Source of the DNA: Clostridia bacterium
Lineage (GTDB): Bacteria; Bacillota; Clostridia; TANB77; RGIG9151
DNA length: 28,768 bases
Assembly (NCBI GenBank): GCA_016287855.1
Contig: JAEEXS010000007.1
Location: 1-28,768, forward strand
Direction: 5' to 3'
A model generated the notes under the pieces. It was not told where the DNA came from. It worked only from the letters and a program-made list of their open reading frames with translations, and did not search any database. Within the stretch, counting starts at the first letter, position 1; every line of letters starts with the position of its first letter. A program made the translations under genes and the position numbers. Positions 8,225-16,358 of the stretch are shown here, in pieces.

Positions 8225-10216
8225 CTAAAACAACGTCGTTAAAACTCCGTCATTTTCAAATCCATCACTTGAATATTTAGATTCAAAAGTAATAAATTTT
8301 TCATTACATCTTTTTATTAAAGCTCTTAATACTATTGCTACATTTTTCTTTTGATTTTCTTCTTCAATCTCCTCTGTATATATATCCCCTACATTCCATG
8401 TTGGAGACAAAACATAAGGATTACTTATTTCTTTAGCACATCTTGGTATCCAATGAGGGCTTGATATTCCTATCATCAAGATTGCTTTATGAGATAATGA
8501 ATTCGAAAGATATGTCATTGGAGTACATAAAACTATTTCATTTTCTCCACCACGCTCTTCCATATCAAAAATACTTTCAGCCGACTTAACTCCATTCTTA
8601 ACCATCGTTAAAAAGCCTTTATTAATATCAAGCGTATTAAATCTTGAAATAGTTTCTTTAAAGTTATGACTACTATCGATAAGCCTTTTTATATCGATAA
8701 TATCTTGTTCTTCTGCTCCACAAACAAGTAAAATTTCAGTAAATACCCTTTGGAAGAAAATATCTATATCTATCGGTTCGCCTTTTCTATACTCATTTAT
8801 CCAGTCACGAATAAAATTATATCTTTTTACATTGCTATATCCTATCCTATCAATTATATCTTCGCTTTCAACAGGTGGAAATTCCGCAAAAGGATTTTGA
8901 CTACATACAATATTCGCCAAAATTGAACTTCTTATAGAATCTATATTAAGTAACATCCCAACCAAAGCTCTAACATCATCTTTAGTCGGAATTATATTCT
9001 CATCTGGATGGCACAAATAAGCAAACGTAATCAATGCATAAACAAATTTATTATCTATAAACCTACTCTTTCTAGCAATATTAGTAAGTTTTACATTATA
9101 TTTTTTTAATTTTGACTCAATCACATATTCTGTTACAACATCTGCAAAAGTCGATACTAATGCTATATCTTGCGGATTATATCCGTTCCCTAATAAATTA
9201 ATAACAGTTTCGCTTACTTGCTCTAACATATCTGAACGCAAAACTGCCTCAGGTGTACGAATTATAGAAGTTCCATCAACACTAAGCCTACTGGCTTTAT
9301 TTGGTTCTGTTATTGCATCAAAAAGCATGTCAGAAAACTCTACCATTTCTTTTTTGCATGTAAAAGGCTTCTCTTCTATATTTTCTATCTTGCATTTTTT
9401 TAAGACTACATTTTCCACATATTCTTTATTACCACCAAAAATACTGCCGTATCCGCCATCTTTATTATAAGAGATATATGCACCTTCTACTATATCTAAA
9501 AACATAGAAATAAAGTCAGCTTGAACTGGCACCACTTCCTCGAGATTATCTACAATTAAGTATTTATATCTTTTCTTTAAAGAACTAATATATTCTTCAT
9601 CTTTAAGCAAAATAGAATTATAGAAATCAATAGCCATAGCAAAATCCATAACTCCACATTCTAAACATCTTTTTCTATAATCTTCAATTATCTTATCTAC
9701 CTCAGCAAAAATAGCCTTTTTTTCATCATTTTGAATTTCTAACGCACTATAAAGCCTTGCACCAATATCTTTATAAGATAGTGAAGCTGCTACAGCCTTT
9801 ACAAAATCTGATGAAATATCTATTGCTATCTTACTATCTCTATCTGAAATAGAATCGAGACCACTACTAAGATTTCTTCTAGAACTTACAAGCATCGACA
9901 AAAGATATTGAGATGATTCAAAAGTTAAAAACACAGGTTTAACGGTCTTCTCTTTTATTTCTGGTGAGTTTTTTAAAATAATAGGATAAAATGTAGTGAT
10001 TTCATTTTGAACGAAGCCAAAAAAAGACGTACGAACAAGCTTACCAGAAATATTAAAAGTACTTTTTTCTCTCCAACTAAGAGACTGATTCCTATTCATG
10101 AGTAATACAAGAATCTCTTCACTTTTAACTCCGCTATCTATAAGCTTTTTATATTCATTTATAAGTCTGGTAGTCTTTCCAACTCCAGTTCCGCCACTAA
10201 TTATTATTTTATCCAT
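8225..10216 (-). CDS. UvrD/Rep-like P-loop NTPase with degenerate helicase motifs
   Basis: 663 aa. It has Walker A GGTGVGKT at residues 8-15 and a motif Ia-like ILVLLMNRNQ. Motif II reads YLIVDNLEEV instead of DExx(Q)D. A motif V/VI-like IVLCTPMTYLSNSLSHKAILMIGISSPHW lies near the C terminus. Confidence 0.6.
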   Translation of the reverse strand: MDKIIISGGTGVGKTTRLINEYKKLIDSGVKSEEILVLLMNRNQSLSWREKSTFNISGKLVRTSFFGFVQNEITTFYPIILKNSPEIKEKTVKPVFLTFESSQYLLSMLVSSRRNLSSGLDSISDRDSKIAIDISSDFVKAVAASLSYKDIGARLYSALEIQNDEKKAIFAEVDKIIEDYRKRCLECGVMDFAMAIDFYNSILLKDEEYISSLKKRYKYLIVDNLEEVVPVQADFISMFLDIVEGAYISYNKDGGYGSIFGGNKEYVENVVLKKCKIENIEEKPFTCKKEMVEFSDMLFDAITEPNKASRLSVDGTSIIRTPEAVLRSDMLEQVSETVINLLGNGYNPQDIALVSTFADVVTEYVIESKLKKYNVKLTNIARKSRFIDNKFVYALITFAYLCHPDENIIPTKDDVRALVGMLLNIDSIRSSILANIVCSQNPFAEFPPVESEDIIDRIGYSNVKRYNFIRDWINEYRKGEPIDIDIFFQRVFTEILLVCGAEEQDIIDIKRLIDSSHNFKETISRFNTLDINKGFLTMVKNGVKSAESIFDMEERGGENEIVLCTPMTYLSNSLSHKAILMIGISSPHWIPRCAKEISNPYVLSPTWNVGDIYTEEIEEENQKKNVAIVLRALIKRCNEKFITFESKYSSDGFENDGVLTTLF

Positions 10217-10230
10217 TTTTAAATCCCTTT

Positions 10231-11955
10231 TTAAATTTTATATATTTTCTTAAATAATTTCCCTACAACTGGCAATCTTACTATTTCTTCATCTGAAAAA
10301 GCGTGAATTAGTAACACCATAAGTCCATAAACAACTCCAGCCACACATATTGCTAATAACGTAGTACCCAAATTAGCATATTTAATAGCTCTTGCTATTC
10401 CAACAATATGTCTTAAAGTATAATTTGCAAACACAAGATAGAATCCTCTATATGTCAAATACGCAACTAATCCCATTACTGCCGAACAAATCGCTGGTTT
10501 TACAAAACATTTTATATAATTTAAATTTAATTTTATTTTTCTATTAAGTATTGTAAAACTGATTAAAAATGTAACGAAATAACATGCTATTGTGCTATAT
10601 GCAGCACCCATTACATTCATTTCCATTTGGAAACCAAAAATGTTTATTTTATCTTGTGCCACCAAGAAATAGTTTAGTATATATTTTAATGTTGCGCCTG
10701 TAAATAAAGCTATTGCAGGCACAGCTACCTTACCCATTCCTTGTAATGCACCAGCTAAAGTTTGAGCTAATGCAATAAAAATAACCGCATATGCACTAAC
10801 CCTAATATAGAAGCCACCTAAAGGTGCTGTTGGGAATAACATTTTTATTATAGGATCTGCTAATACCGAAATACCAACAGCAGCTGGCAAAGTAATTAAC
10901 ACAGTAGAAAACAAAGAAAAATTAATCTTATTAGCCGCGTCTTTATAATCTTTTAACGCAAATGCTTTGGATATATTAGGTACTAAACTCGTTGCATAAA
11001 CTACATTAAGAGCAAGTGGTAAATTAAGAAGTGTATCACTCTTACCTGTAATCATTCCATATAGAATTTTAGCTTCTTCTGCAGTTTTTCCCGCAACCAA
11101 AAGTCTTGGCATAACGGTAAACACATTAACTAACCCTGCAATAGAAGTTATAACCGACCCAAGCATAATAGGAAGAGATAATGAAAGTAATTTTAAAGAT
11201 ATTAACTTCCTACTTTCATTAGAAAGTACTTCTGCAGTATTTACATTGTTTTTAATATCCTTTTGTCTTCTCTTATAATAAATATATAGGTAAGTAACAC
11301 TAATAATTGTACCAATTGTAGAACCAAATGTAGCAGCTGCTGCCATAAGTTGTGCTCTTACATCTTCGTTTAATGTAAGTCCAAAAACAGCTGCAAATTC
11401 GACTATATGTTGGCCGGCAAACCATGCAAGCCAAATCGTAAAGAAGCATTTTGCAAGTTGATCTAGTATTTGAGAATTTGCTTGAGGCTTCATATCGCAA
11501 TAACCTTGGAAATAGCCTCTTATTATCGAAGCAATAGCTACAAAGAATATTGAAAATGATAATGATTTTAGTGAATATGCCACTCCTGGATTTTCAATCC
11601 ATCCTGCCATAATATCTGCACCAAAGTACATAATACAGGTTCCAAATACACCTATAGTAATAAACAATAGTAATGCAGTTCTAAAAATTTTATGAGCACC
11701 TTTATAGTCTTTTAAAGCAACTTTTTCTGAAACAAGTTTAGCAACCGCAGATGGAATACCAACGGTAGATATAGCAAGGATTGCTGTATAGAATTGGAAA
11801 GCTGCTCCGTAATAACTATTTCCTATATCTCCAAAACCATCCATTCCAGTTATAATTACTCTATAAACGAACCCTAAAAGCTTTATGACTATTTGAGAAA
11901 AAAACAATACAATAATACCCTTTGAAAAGGTTTGACTTTTAACAGTTTTCCCCAT
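10231..11955 (-). CDS. MOP-superfamily flippase (MurJ/SpoVB-type polysaccharide biosynthesis protein)
   Basis: 574 aa with about 14 hydrophobic segments. The N terminus (KGIIVLFFSQIVIKLLGFVYRVIITGMDGFGDIGNSYYGAAFQFY) is typical of SpoVB/MurJ-like proteins. GAGGAG SD. Confidence 0.85.
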   Translation of the reverse strand: MGKTVKSQTFSKGIIVLFFSQIVIKLLGFVYRVIITGMDGFGDIGNSYYGAAFQFYTAILAISTVGIPSAVAKLVSEKVALKDYKGAHKIFRTALLLFITIGVFGTCIMYFGADIMAGWIENPGVAYSLKSLSFSIFFVAIASIIRGYFQGYCDMKPQANSQILDQLAKCFFTIWLAWFAGQHIVEFAAVFGLTLNEDVRAQLMAAAATFGSTIGTIISVTYLYIYYKRRQKDIKNNVNTAEVLSNESRKLISLKLLSLSLPIMLGSVITSIAGLVNVFTVMPRLLVAGKTAEEAKILYGMITGKSDTLLNLPLALNVVYATSLVPNISKAFALKDYKDAANKINFSLFSTVLITLPAAVGISVLADPIIKMLFPTAPLGGFYIRVSAYAVIFIALAQTLAGALQGMGKVAVPAIALFTGATLKYILNYFLVAQDKINIFGFQMEMNVMGAAYSTIACYFVTFLISFTILNRKIKLNLNYIKCFVKPAICSAVMGLVAYLTYRGFYLVFANYTLRHIVGIARAIKYANLGTTLLAICVAGVVYGLMVLLIHAFSDEEIVRLPVVGKLFKKIYKI

Positions 11956-11967
11956 TTGATTCTCCTC

Positions 11968-12366
11968 TTAACTATTTTTTTCTAATGTGATTTTTATAAT
12001 TTCCTCTAACCTTTTAATATCATTTTTTAAAAATAAATACCCAATTAAAGCCTCAAAAGCAGTTGCTTTTTTGTAATCTGCTATTGATGCATTTTTAGGT
12101 ATTGTATTTGAATGAGCATTTCTTCCACGTCTTACTATATTTAATTCTTCCTCAGTTAAACTATCCTCTATTTCTTCTAAAATATCTGATTGAGCATGTG
12201 CAGAGACAAAAGAAATTGAGGCTTTATGAAGTGTATTGGTTTTTATTTCCCCTTTTTTAGCAATATATACTCTTACATAAACCTCGTAAACTGCATCTCC
12301 AATATATGCAAGCACAAGTGGATTCAAAAGCTCTGGTTTTTCAATTTTATTAAACTCTTCAAACAT
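11968..12366 (-). CDS. mrnC: Mini-ribonuclease III
   Basis: 132 aa. LAYIGDAVYEVYVR and AFEALIGYLFL are RNase III-domain signatures at Mini-III size. Confidence 0.9.
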   Translation of the reverse strand: MFEEFNKIEKPELLNPLVLAYIGDAVYEVYVRVYIAKKGEIKTNTLHKASISFVSAHAQSDILEEIEDSLTEEELNIVRRGRNAHSNTIPKNASIADYKKATAFEALIGYLFLKNDIKRLEEIIKITLEKNS

Positions 12367-12807
12367 CTACTTACTTACCTTTATTTCCTCTCTATTTTTA
12401 TTTAATAATAAATATGTATCTTTTAAATTATCTTGTAATTTAGCTAAAATTTCATCTGCATAATCTAATGAACCGGCTCTTATTTCACGAGCGGTCTTTT
12501 GTGCATTTATAATCGTCTCGTTTGCTTGGTCATAAGCTTTACGCGTAATTTCGTTTTCGTCAACCATAGAAGCGATTCTATTTTCAGTTTCTTTTACAAT
12601 AGTTTCACTCTCTTTTTGGGCCTCTAATAAAATTCTTTGACGTTCTTCTTTTATCCATTTAGCTTGTTTTACTTCATCAGGAAGTTTTACTCTTATTTCT
12701 TTTAATAATTCTAGCATCTCACTTTTATTAATAACTGAAATGCCAAAAACACTCCAACCCTTTTCGATTAAATCCTCAGCTTTTTCTAACGCATTAAGAA
12801 CCTCCAT
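12367..12807 (-). CDS. Coiled-coil protein of unknown function (often annotated ATPase or V-ATPase subunit H-like)
   Basis: 146 aa, highly charged with heptad-like sequence (KQAKWIKEERQRILLEAQKESETIVKETENRI...). Its TAG abuts the mrnC ATG directly, and its own ATG lies 1 nt after the rsmD stop, so the three are tightly coupled. Confidence 0.6.
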   Translation of the reverse strand: MEVLNALEKAEDLIEKGWSVFGISVINKSEMLELLKEIRVKLPDEVKQAKWIKEERQRILLEAQKESETIVKETENRIASMVDENEITRKAYDQANETIINAQKTAREIRAGSLDYADEILAKLQDNLKDTYLLLNKNREEIKVSK

Positions 12808-12808
12808 A

Positions 12809-13354
12809 TTACAAAACCGCCTTCCTATAAAACGAAATAATTACTCTACCATACTTTCTAGAATCATATCTTTCAAAACAATCAATAGTATCAGGAACAA
12901 TATCTATAGAATCTGTTTCTAAAACTATTATAACATCATCCTTTACCACCCTTTTTAACTTACTTATAGCTTGTACACCAAGATCTTTTCCATAAGGTGG
13001 ATCTAAAAAAACTAAATCAAAAATATTATCTTTAAACTTTTCTAATGCTATTTCAAAATTATTATTTAATATCTCTGATTTATCTTCTACTCTACATTTA
13101 GCTACATTTTTCTTTATAATATCTATTGCTTCTTTAGAAGAATCTACAAAATAACAAAACTTTGCACCTCGGCTTAATGACTCTAATCCAAGAGCACCAC
13201 TTCCAGCAAATAAATCTAAAACTATTAAATCGTCTAACTTATTTCCAAGTATATTAAAAACTGATTCTTTTACTCTGTCTAATGTAGGTCTAGTATTATC
13301 GCCCTTTAACGTGCTCAAATTCAAGCCCCTACACTTTCCCGAAATTATTCTCAT
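12809..13354 (-). CDS. rsmD: 16S rRNA (guanine966-N2)-methyltransferase
   Basis: 181 aa. RIISGKCRG...TRPTLDRVKESVFNIL, the SAM motif LDLFAGSGALGLESLSRGA, and the catalytic DPPY. AGGAG SD. A TTGCAC-17-TAAAAT promoter candidate lies in 13385-13415. Confidence 0.93.
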   Translation of the reverse strand: MRIISGKCRGLNLSTLKGDNTRPTLDRVKESVFNILGNKLDDLIVLDLFAGSGALGLESLSRGAKFCYFVDSSKEAIDIIKKNVAKCRVEDKSEILNNNFEIALEKFKDNIFDLVFLDPPYGKDLGVQAISKLKRVVKDDVIIVLETDSIDIVPDTIDCFERYDSRKYGRVIISFYRKAVL

Positions 13355-13430
13355 AAATATCTCCTAAAATTAGTTATAATAACCATCACTATTTTATAAT
13401 ATTTATACAAAAAGTGCAATAACAAAACTA

Positions 13431-13470
13431 AAAAAATGGTCCGGAACAATTTTTTGTTCCGAACCATTTT
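13431..13470 (-). terminator. Rho-independent terminator of the GC-rich orphan gene
   Basis: The minus-strand RNA forms GGUUCGGAACA / UGUUCCGGACC, an 11-bp core containing one G-U wobble. On the plus strand the same position would be an A-C mismatch. The loop is 6 nt, AU pairs extend the stem, and a U run follows. The stem starts 2 nt after the TAA at 13473-13475. Confidence 0.8.
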
Positions 13471-13472
13471 AA

Positions 13473-13997
13473 TTAGTCAATTCCTTTCAGCACCTCCACC
13501 TTGGCGGTGTCAGGGCATGTTGCCCCATCCTGCTTGGTCTTCATCAGAACAAGCAAGATCTTCATCGCCGTGGAATAAGACAAATGGAAGTTGTCTTCCA
13601 TAATCTCGCCTGTATCCTCAATGGTAACAGGCAGAAGGACCCTACTCGTCTTTCCTACCAATACCGGAGAGAAACGCAAATCGACCTCTTGGTCACGCTG
13701 GATAGAGTAATCCCTAAGCTTTCCGAACTCTTCCCACTGTCCGGCCTTCATACGGTTGAGAAGATAAACCGCTCCAGCTGCCACATCTGCCCAAGTCGGG
13801 CGACGGCAGAATATCTTATCCTTCGCACTGGAGAGCCGCCTACTACTATAGCAGTAATAAAAACCTTCTCGCTTGGAAAAGCGAGCTGCAAACCTACTTA
13901 TTTCATATCCCCTTTTGTTCTTTACAGAAAAGATAGCATATTGCTTTCCCTGATATTTGCTCGGTCTTACTTCCTGCTTTTTTTCCACTTCTTCCAT
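13473..13997 (-). CDS. Orphan hypothetical protein (174 aa) of foreign base composition
   Basis: The frame is uninterrupted. AAGGA lies 6 nt before ATG 13997, and ATG 14027 is an alternative without an SD. The track start at 14093 is the TTG of the -35 box and is not credible. G+C is about 50 % against roughly 25 % in the flanks. The sequence looks globular, with alternating beta-like and helical segments. I recognise no family. Confidence 0.7.
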   Translation of the reverse strand: MEEVEKKQEVRPSKYQGKQYAIFSVKNKRGYEISRFAARFSKREGFYYCYSSRRLSSAKDKIFCRRPTWADVAAGAVYLLNRMKAGQWEEFGKLRDYSIQRDQEVDLRFSPVLVGKTSRVLLPVTIEDTGEIMEDNFHLSYSTAMKILLVLMKTKQDGATCPDTAKVEVLKGID

Positions 13998-14064
13998 TTT
14001 TCTTCCTTTCTTCACGTCCGCACCCATTATACTAGGTGCTATATTCCTTAAACCTAACAAATGT

Positions 14065-14093
14065 ATTATAATATTTTTATGTAAACTTGTCAA
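14065..14093 (-). promoter_or_regulatory. Exact sigma-70/SigA consensus promoter driving the GC-rich orphan gene
   Basis: The minus strand reads TTGACA-agtttacataaaaatat-TATAAT, with exactly 17 nt of spacer. The predicted transcription start is near 14058. Confidence 0.7.
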
Positions 14094-14110
14094 GGGAAAT
14101 CACTCCCTTG
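14091..14110 (-). terminator. Weak hairpin after the hexokinase-like gene, overlapping the -35 box above
   Basis: CAAGGGA-6 nt-TCCCTTG, a 7-bp stem lying 20 nt after the TAA at 14130. The following tract (ACAAGUUUAC) is a poor U run, so termination is doubtful. Confidence 0.3.
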
Positions 14111-14129
14111 TATTACCTAAACATCAAAT

Positions 14130-15332
14130 TTAAACACTCGCTTCAACTATTACTGGGCCAATAATTGAAGCATCTTTTATTAATTTATGACTTATCTTAG
14201 AAGCATTTTCTCCAAACACTTCATTTATTTCTCTACTTATCTCTTCCTTAAAGAAATCACATTTTTCATAAACAGAGCCATCAAAAATTATAGTATGTTC
14301 ATTTACTAAATCTTTGTCTATATACTTAATAATTGCACAAATTTCTGCCACAATAAGCTTTGCAGCACGAGTAAATAATAATTCTCCAACCGTTTTTATA
14401 ACTTCTCTTTGCTCTTCTGGTAATAAAAAGTCTTTATCTTCATTAACGCAAGATACCAAAACCTTTGTATTTATTTCTACGCACTTATTTAATAACTTTC
14501 TCTTTATTAAATCTTTAATTATCTCATCAGCAATTTTCCCTATATATTTTCCGCCTATAAGAACTTCAAATAGCTTATTTGCTTCACCAGATATTTTTTC
14601 TAAATATTTATTATCAAAAGTAGTAAGCGGAATATTTTTGTTAAAATTAGCACTTTCAATATTAATTACTTCTTTTTCATTATTTATAAACGAAGCATTA
14701 TGACCAGTTCCTACTATTAAAGCAATATCTGCGGTTTTATCATAAAATCTACCTGTAACTAATGTCGCAACACAATCATTTATAATAGCCATAGGTACTA
14801 TATTTAGCTTAGCAGAAAATATCGCTTGCATTAATATTTCATATATATTTCTATTTATAGTTTCTTTTAATTTAAAACCTTTCGATAGTTCAACTATATT
14901 CGCTTCTGTTTTGCTCTTTGAATCAATCCCAAAAGACACAGTAACAGCTAAAAAATACATCTTACTCCTACTTATATAAGGTTTCATCTTTTTTAATGCC
15001 TTTATAATTAAATCTTTAAGCGAATACTTGTTAGAAGTATAATTCCTAAACCTAGTTCTTAGTGGAAATTTAATTATCTTCTTAAAAATCACATCATTTT
15101 CTTCAATACTAAACTTTGCTATTCGTATATTACTCCCGCCTATATCTATTGCCAAATACTCGTTTGGAATAAGTTTTTCATCGCTTACAGTAATATAACT
15201 TTTAAGCATTTTTAACATTGTTTTTTCATTCATGTCTTTATAAAAAGCATCAGAAATTTGCGACAAGTTTTCTCTGGAAATAGTAAACTCCTCGCAAATT
15301 TTATTTAGTTCTGCTTTTAATTCAGGTTTCAT
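14130..15332 (-). CDS. Hexokinase-family sugar kinase (eukaryote-type hexokinase fold)
   Basis: 400 aa. Its motifs are collinear with hexokinases: LAIDIGGSNIRIA (phosphate-1), AIINDCVATLV, LIVGTGHNASF, INIESANF, FEVLIGGKYIGKI and IIFDGSVYEK. GGAGGG SD. Confidence 0.8.
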   Translation of the reverse strand: MKPELKAELNKICEEFTISRENLSQISDAFYKDMNEKTMLKMLKSYITVSDEKLIPNEYLAIDIGGSNIRIAKFSIEENDVIFKKIIKFPLRTRFRNYTSNKYSLKDLIIKALKKMKPYISRSKMYFLAVTVSFGIDSKSKTEANIVELSKGFKLKETINRNIYEILMQAIFSAKLNIVPMAIINDCVATLVTGRFYDKTADIALIVGTGHNASFINNEKEVINIESANFNKNIPLTTFDNKYLEKISGEANKLFEVLIGGKYIGKIADEIIKDLIKRKLLNKCVEINTKVLVSCVNEDKDFLLPEEQREVIKTVGELLFTRAAKLIVAEICAIIKYIDKDLVNEHTIIFDGSVYEKCDFFKEEISREINEVFGENASKISHKLIKDASIIGPVIVEASV

Positions 15333-15345
15333 TTTAACCCTCCAA

Positions 15346-16335
15346 TTAATCTTTAATAGATAACTTTATTTCATCTTTATTGCACTCTAATTTAGCTGTC
15401 CCACCTATTGGGAAAGTAAATATAGGTGTAGTATGACCAAAATCAGCATCACAAATAACAGGAATATTTTCAAGTTCCTTTTTATTCTTTATCAGCATTT
15501 CCCATTTTTCATGACTCATATCACTAGCTTTTTCTGCTCTGCCTAGTACAATTCCTTTAACATTTGAGAAATTCTTTTGATGAATTAAAGCTTGTAACAT
15601 TCTGTCAAACTCAGCTAAGTAAGCCGCACCAGTTACTAGCCCATCATCCTCAATAAACAAAATAGTGTTTTTATCAAACTTAGGCATATACTCAGTTCCA
15701 GTAAGTAAAGATAATGTCGAAAGATTTCCACCTATAATCTTACCTTGCGCCTTTCCTTCGTTTATACAATGCATCTTTTTATTCTTAAAGAATTCACGTT
15801 TTTCTTGATCAGCAAACCAAGGATCATTACTCCAAACTTCAGAAGAAGTTATTTCGATTTCTTCAGATTCTAAGAACATTTTCTTAAAATAATCTAAAGT
15901 ATATTCAAACCCATATTTCATGCCAAAACTTGAATAATGTGGGCCAGAATAAGTAACTAAGCCAGTCTTTGCAAAAATAGCATTAGATAAGGCTGTTATA
16001 TCTGAAAAGCCACAAAAAATCTTAGGATTTTCTTTTATTAAATCATAGTCTATATGCGTTAATAGCTGATTAGAATTAAATCCACCAATTACAGTAAGTA
16101 TCGCCTTTACTTTTTTATCTGAAAAAGCCTCGTGTAAATCTTCTATTCTACTTTCTATAGAACTTGAAGTAAAATTATCACATTCTTCAACGTGCTTTCC
16201 AAAAGTAACTTTGAAACCTAAATCTTCTAACCTTTTATTAGCAATTTCTCTAGTTTCATTATTTATTATTTTCATACTTCTTGCTGGTGCAATTACTCTA
16301 ATTTCATCACCTTTTTTTAGTTTTTCAGCTACCAT
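15346..16335 (-). CDS. S66-family LD-carboxypeptidase (LdcA/MccF-like)
   Basis: 329 aa. KGDEIRVIAPARS start, GFSDITAL nucleophile motif and ADFGHTTP His motif. AGGAGG SD. Confidence 0.85.
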   Translation of the reverse strand: MVAEKLKKGDEIRVIAPARSMKIINNETREIANKRLEDLGFKVTFGKHVEECDNFTSSSIESRIEDLHEAFSDKKVKAILTVIGGFNSNQLLTHIDYDLIKENPKIFCGFSDITALSNAIFAKTGLVTYSGPHYSSFGMKYGFEYTLDYFKKMFLESEEIEITSSEVWSNDPWFADQEKREFFKNKKMHCINEGKAQGKIIGGNLSTLSLLTGTEYMPKFDKNTILFIEDDGLVTGAAYLAEFDRMLQALIHQKNFSNVKGIVLGRAEKASDMSHEKWEMLIKNKKELENIPVICDADFGHTTPIFTFPIGGTAKLECNKDEIKLSIKD

Positions 16336-16358
16336 AATAATTCCTCCTTAGAATATTT

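Noticed and set aside
13584-14051. A 155-aa plus-strand ORF antisense to the GC-rich orphan gene.
   Set aside because: Its product is low-complexity (FLLFFHFFHFSSF), and I found no SD or promoter for it. Long antisense frames are an expected by-product of a GC-enriched coding sequence. The promoter, SD and strand-specific G-U terminator all support the minus-strand gene.
13431-14093. The GC-rich block as a large structured ncRNA (OLE, ROOL, RNase P, tmRNA or an rRNA fragment) rather than a gene.
   Set aside because: I found none of the conserved rRNA, RNase P or tmRNA sequence blocks that I know. A stop-free run of about 190 codons at roughly 50 % G+C is very unlikely by chance (on the order of 1e-4). 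The translation looks like a normal globular protein with an SD-preceded ATG. A covariance-model scan (Rfam/Infernal) would settle it.
13997-14093. A type III toxin-antitoxin layout (ToxIN/AbiQ-like), with RNA repeats upstream of a toxin of about 170 aa.
   Set aside because: There are no tandem repeats between the promoter and the start codon, and the protein does not resemble ToxN or AbiQ N termini.
14314-14703. Antisense ORFs in the hexokinase-like, sufBD, sufC, response regulator/ynbB and dpaB genes (14314-14703 +, 16913-17101 +, 17453-17707 +, 26756-26950 +, 28144-28488 -), and 20174-20467 (-) opposite the orphan ORF.
   Set aside because: These are shadow frames of real genes. For 20174-20467 there is no SD, and the plus-strand frame is the one with a promoter, SD, TM helix and terminator.
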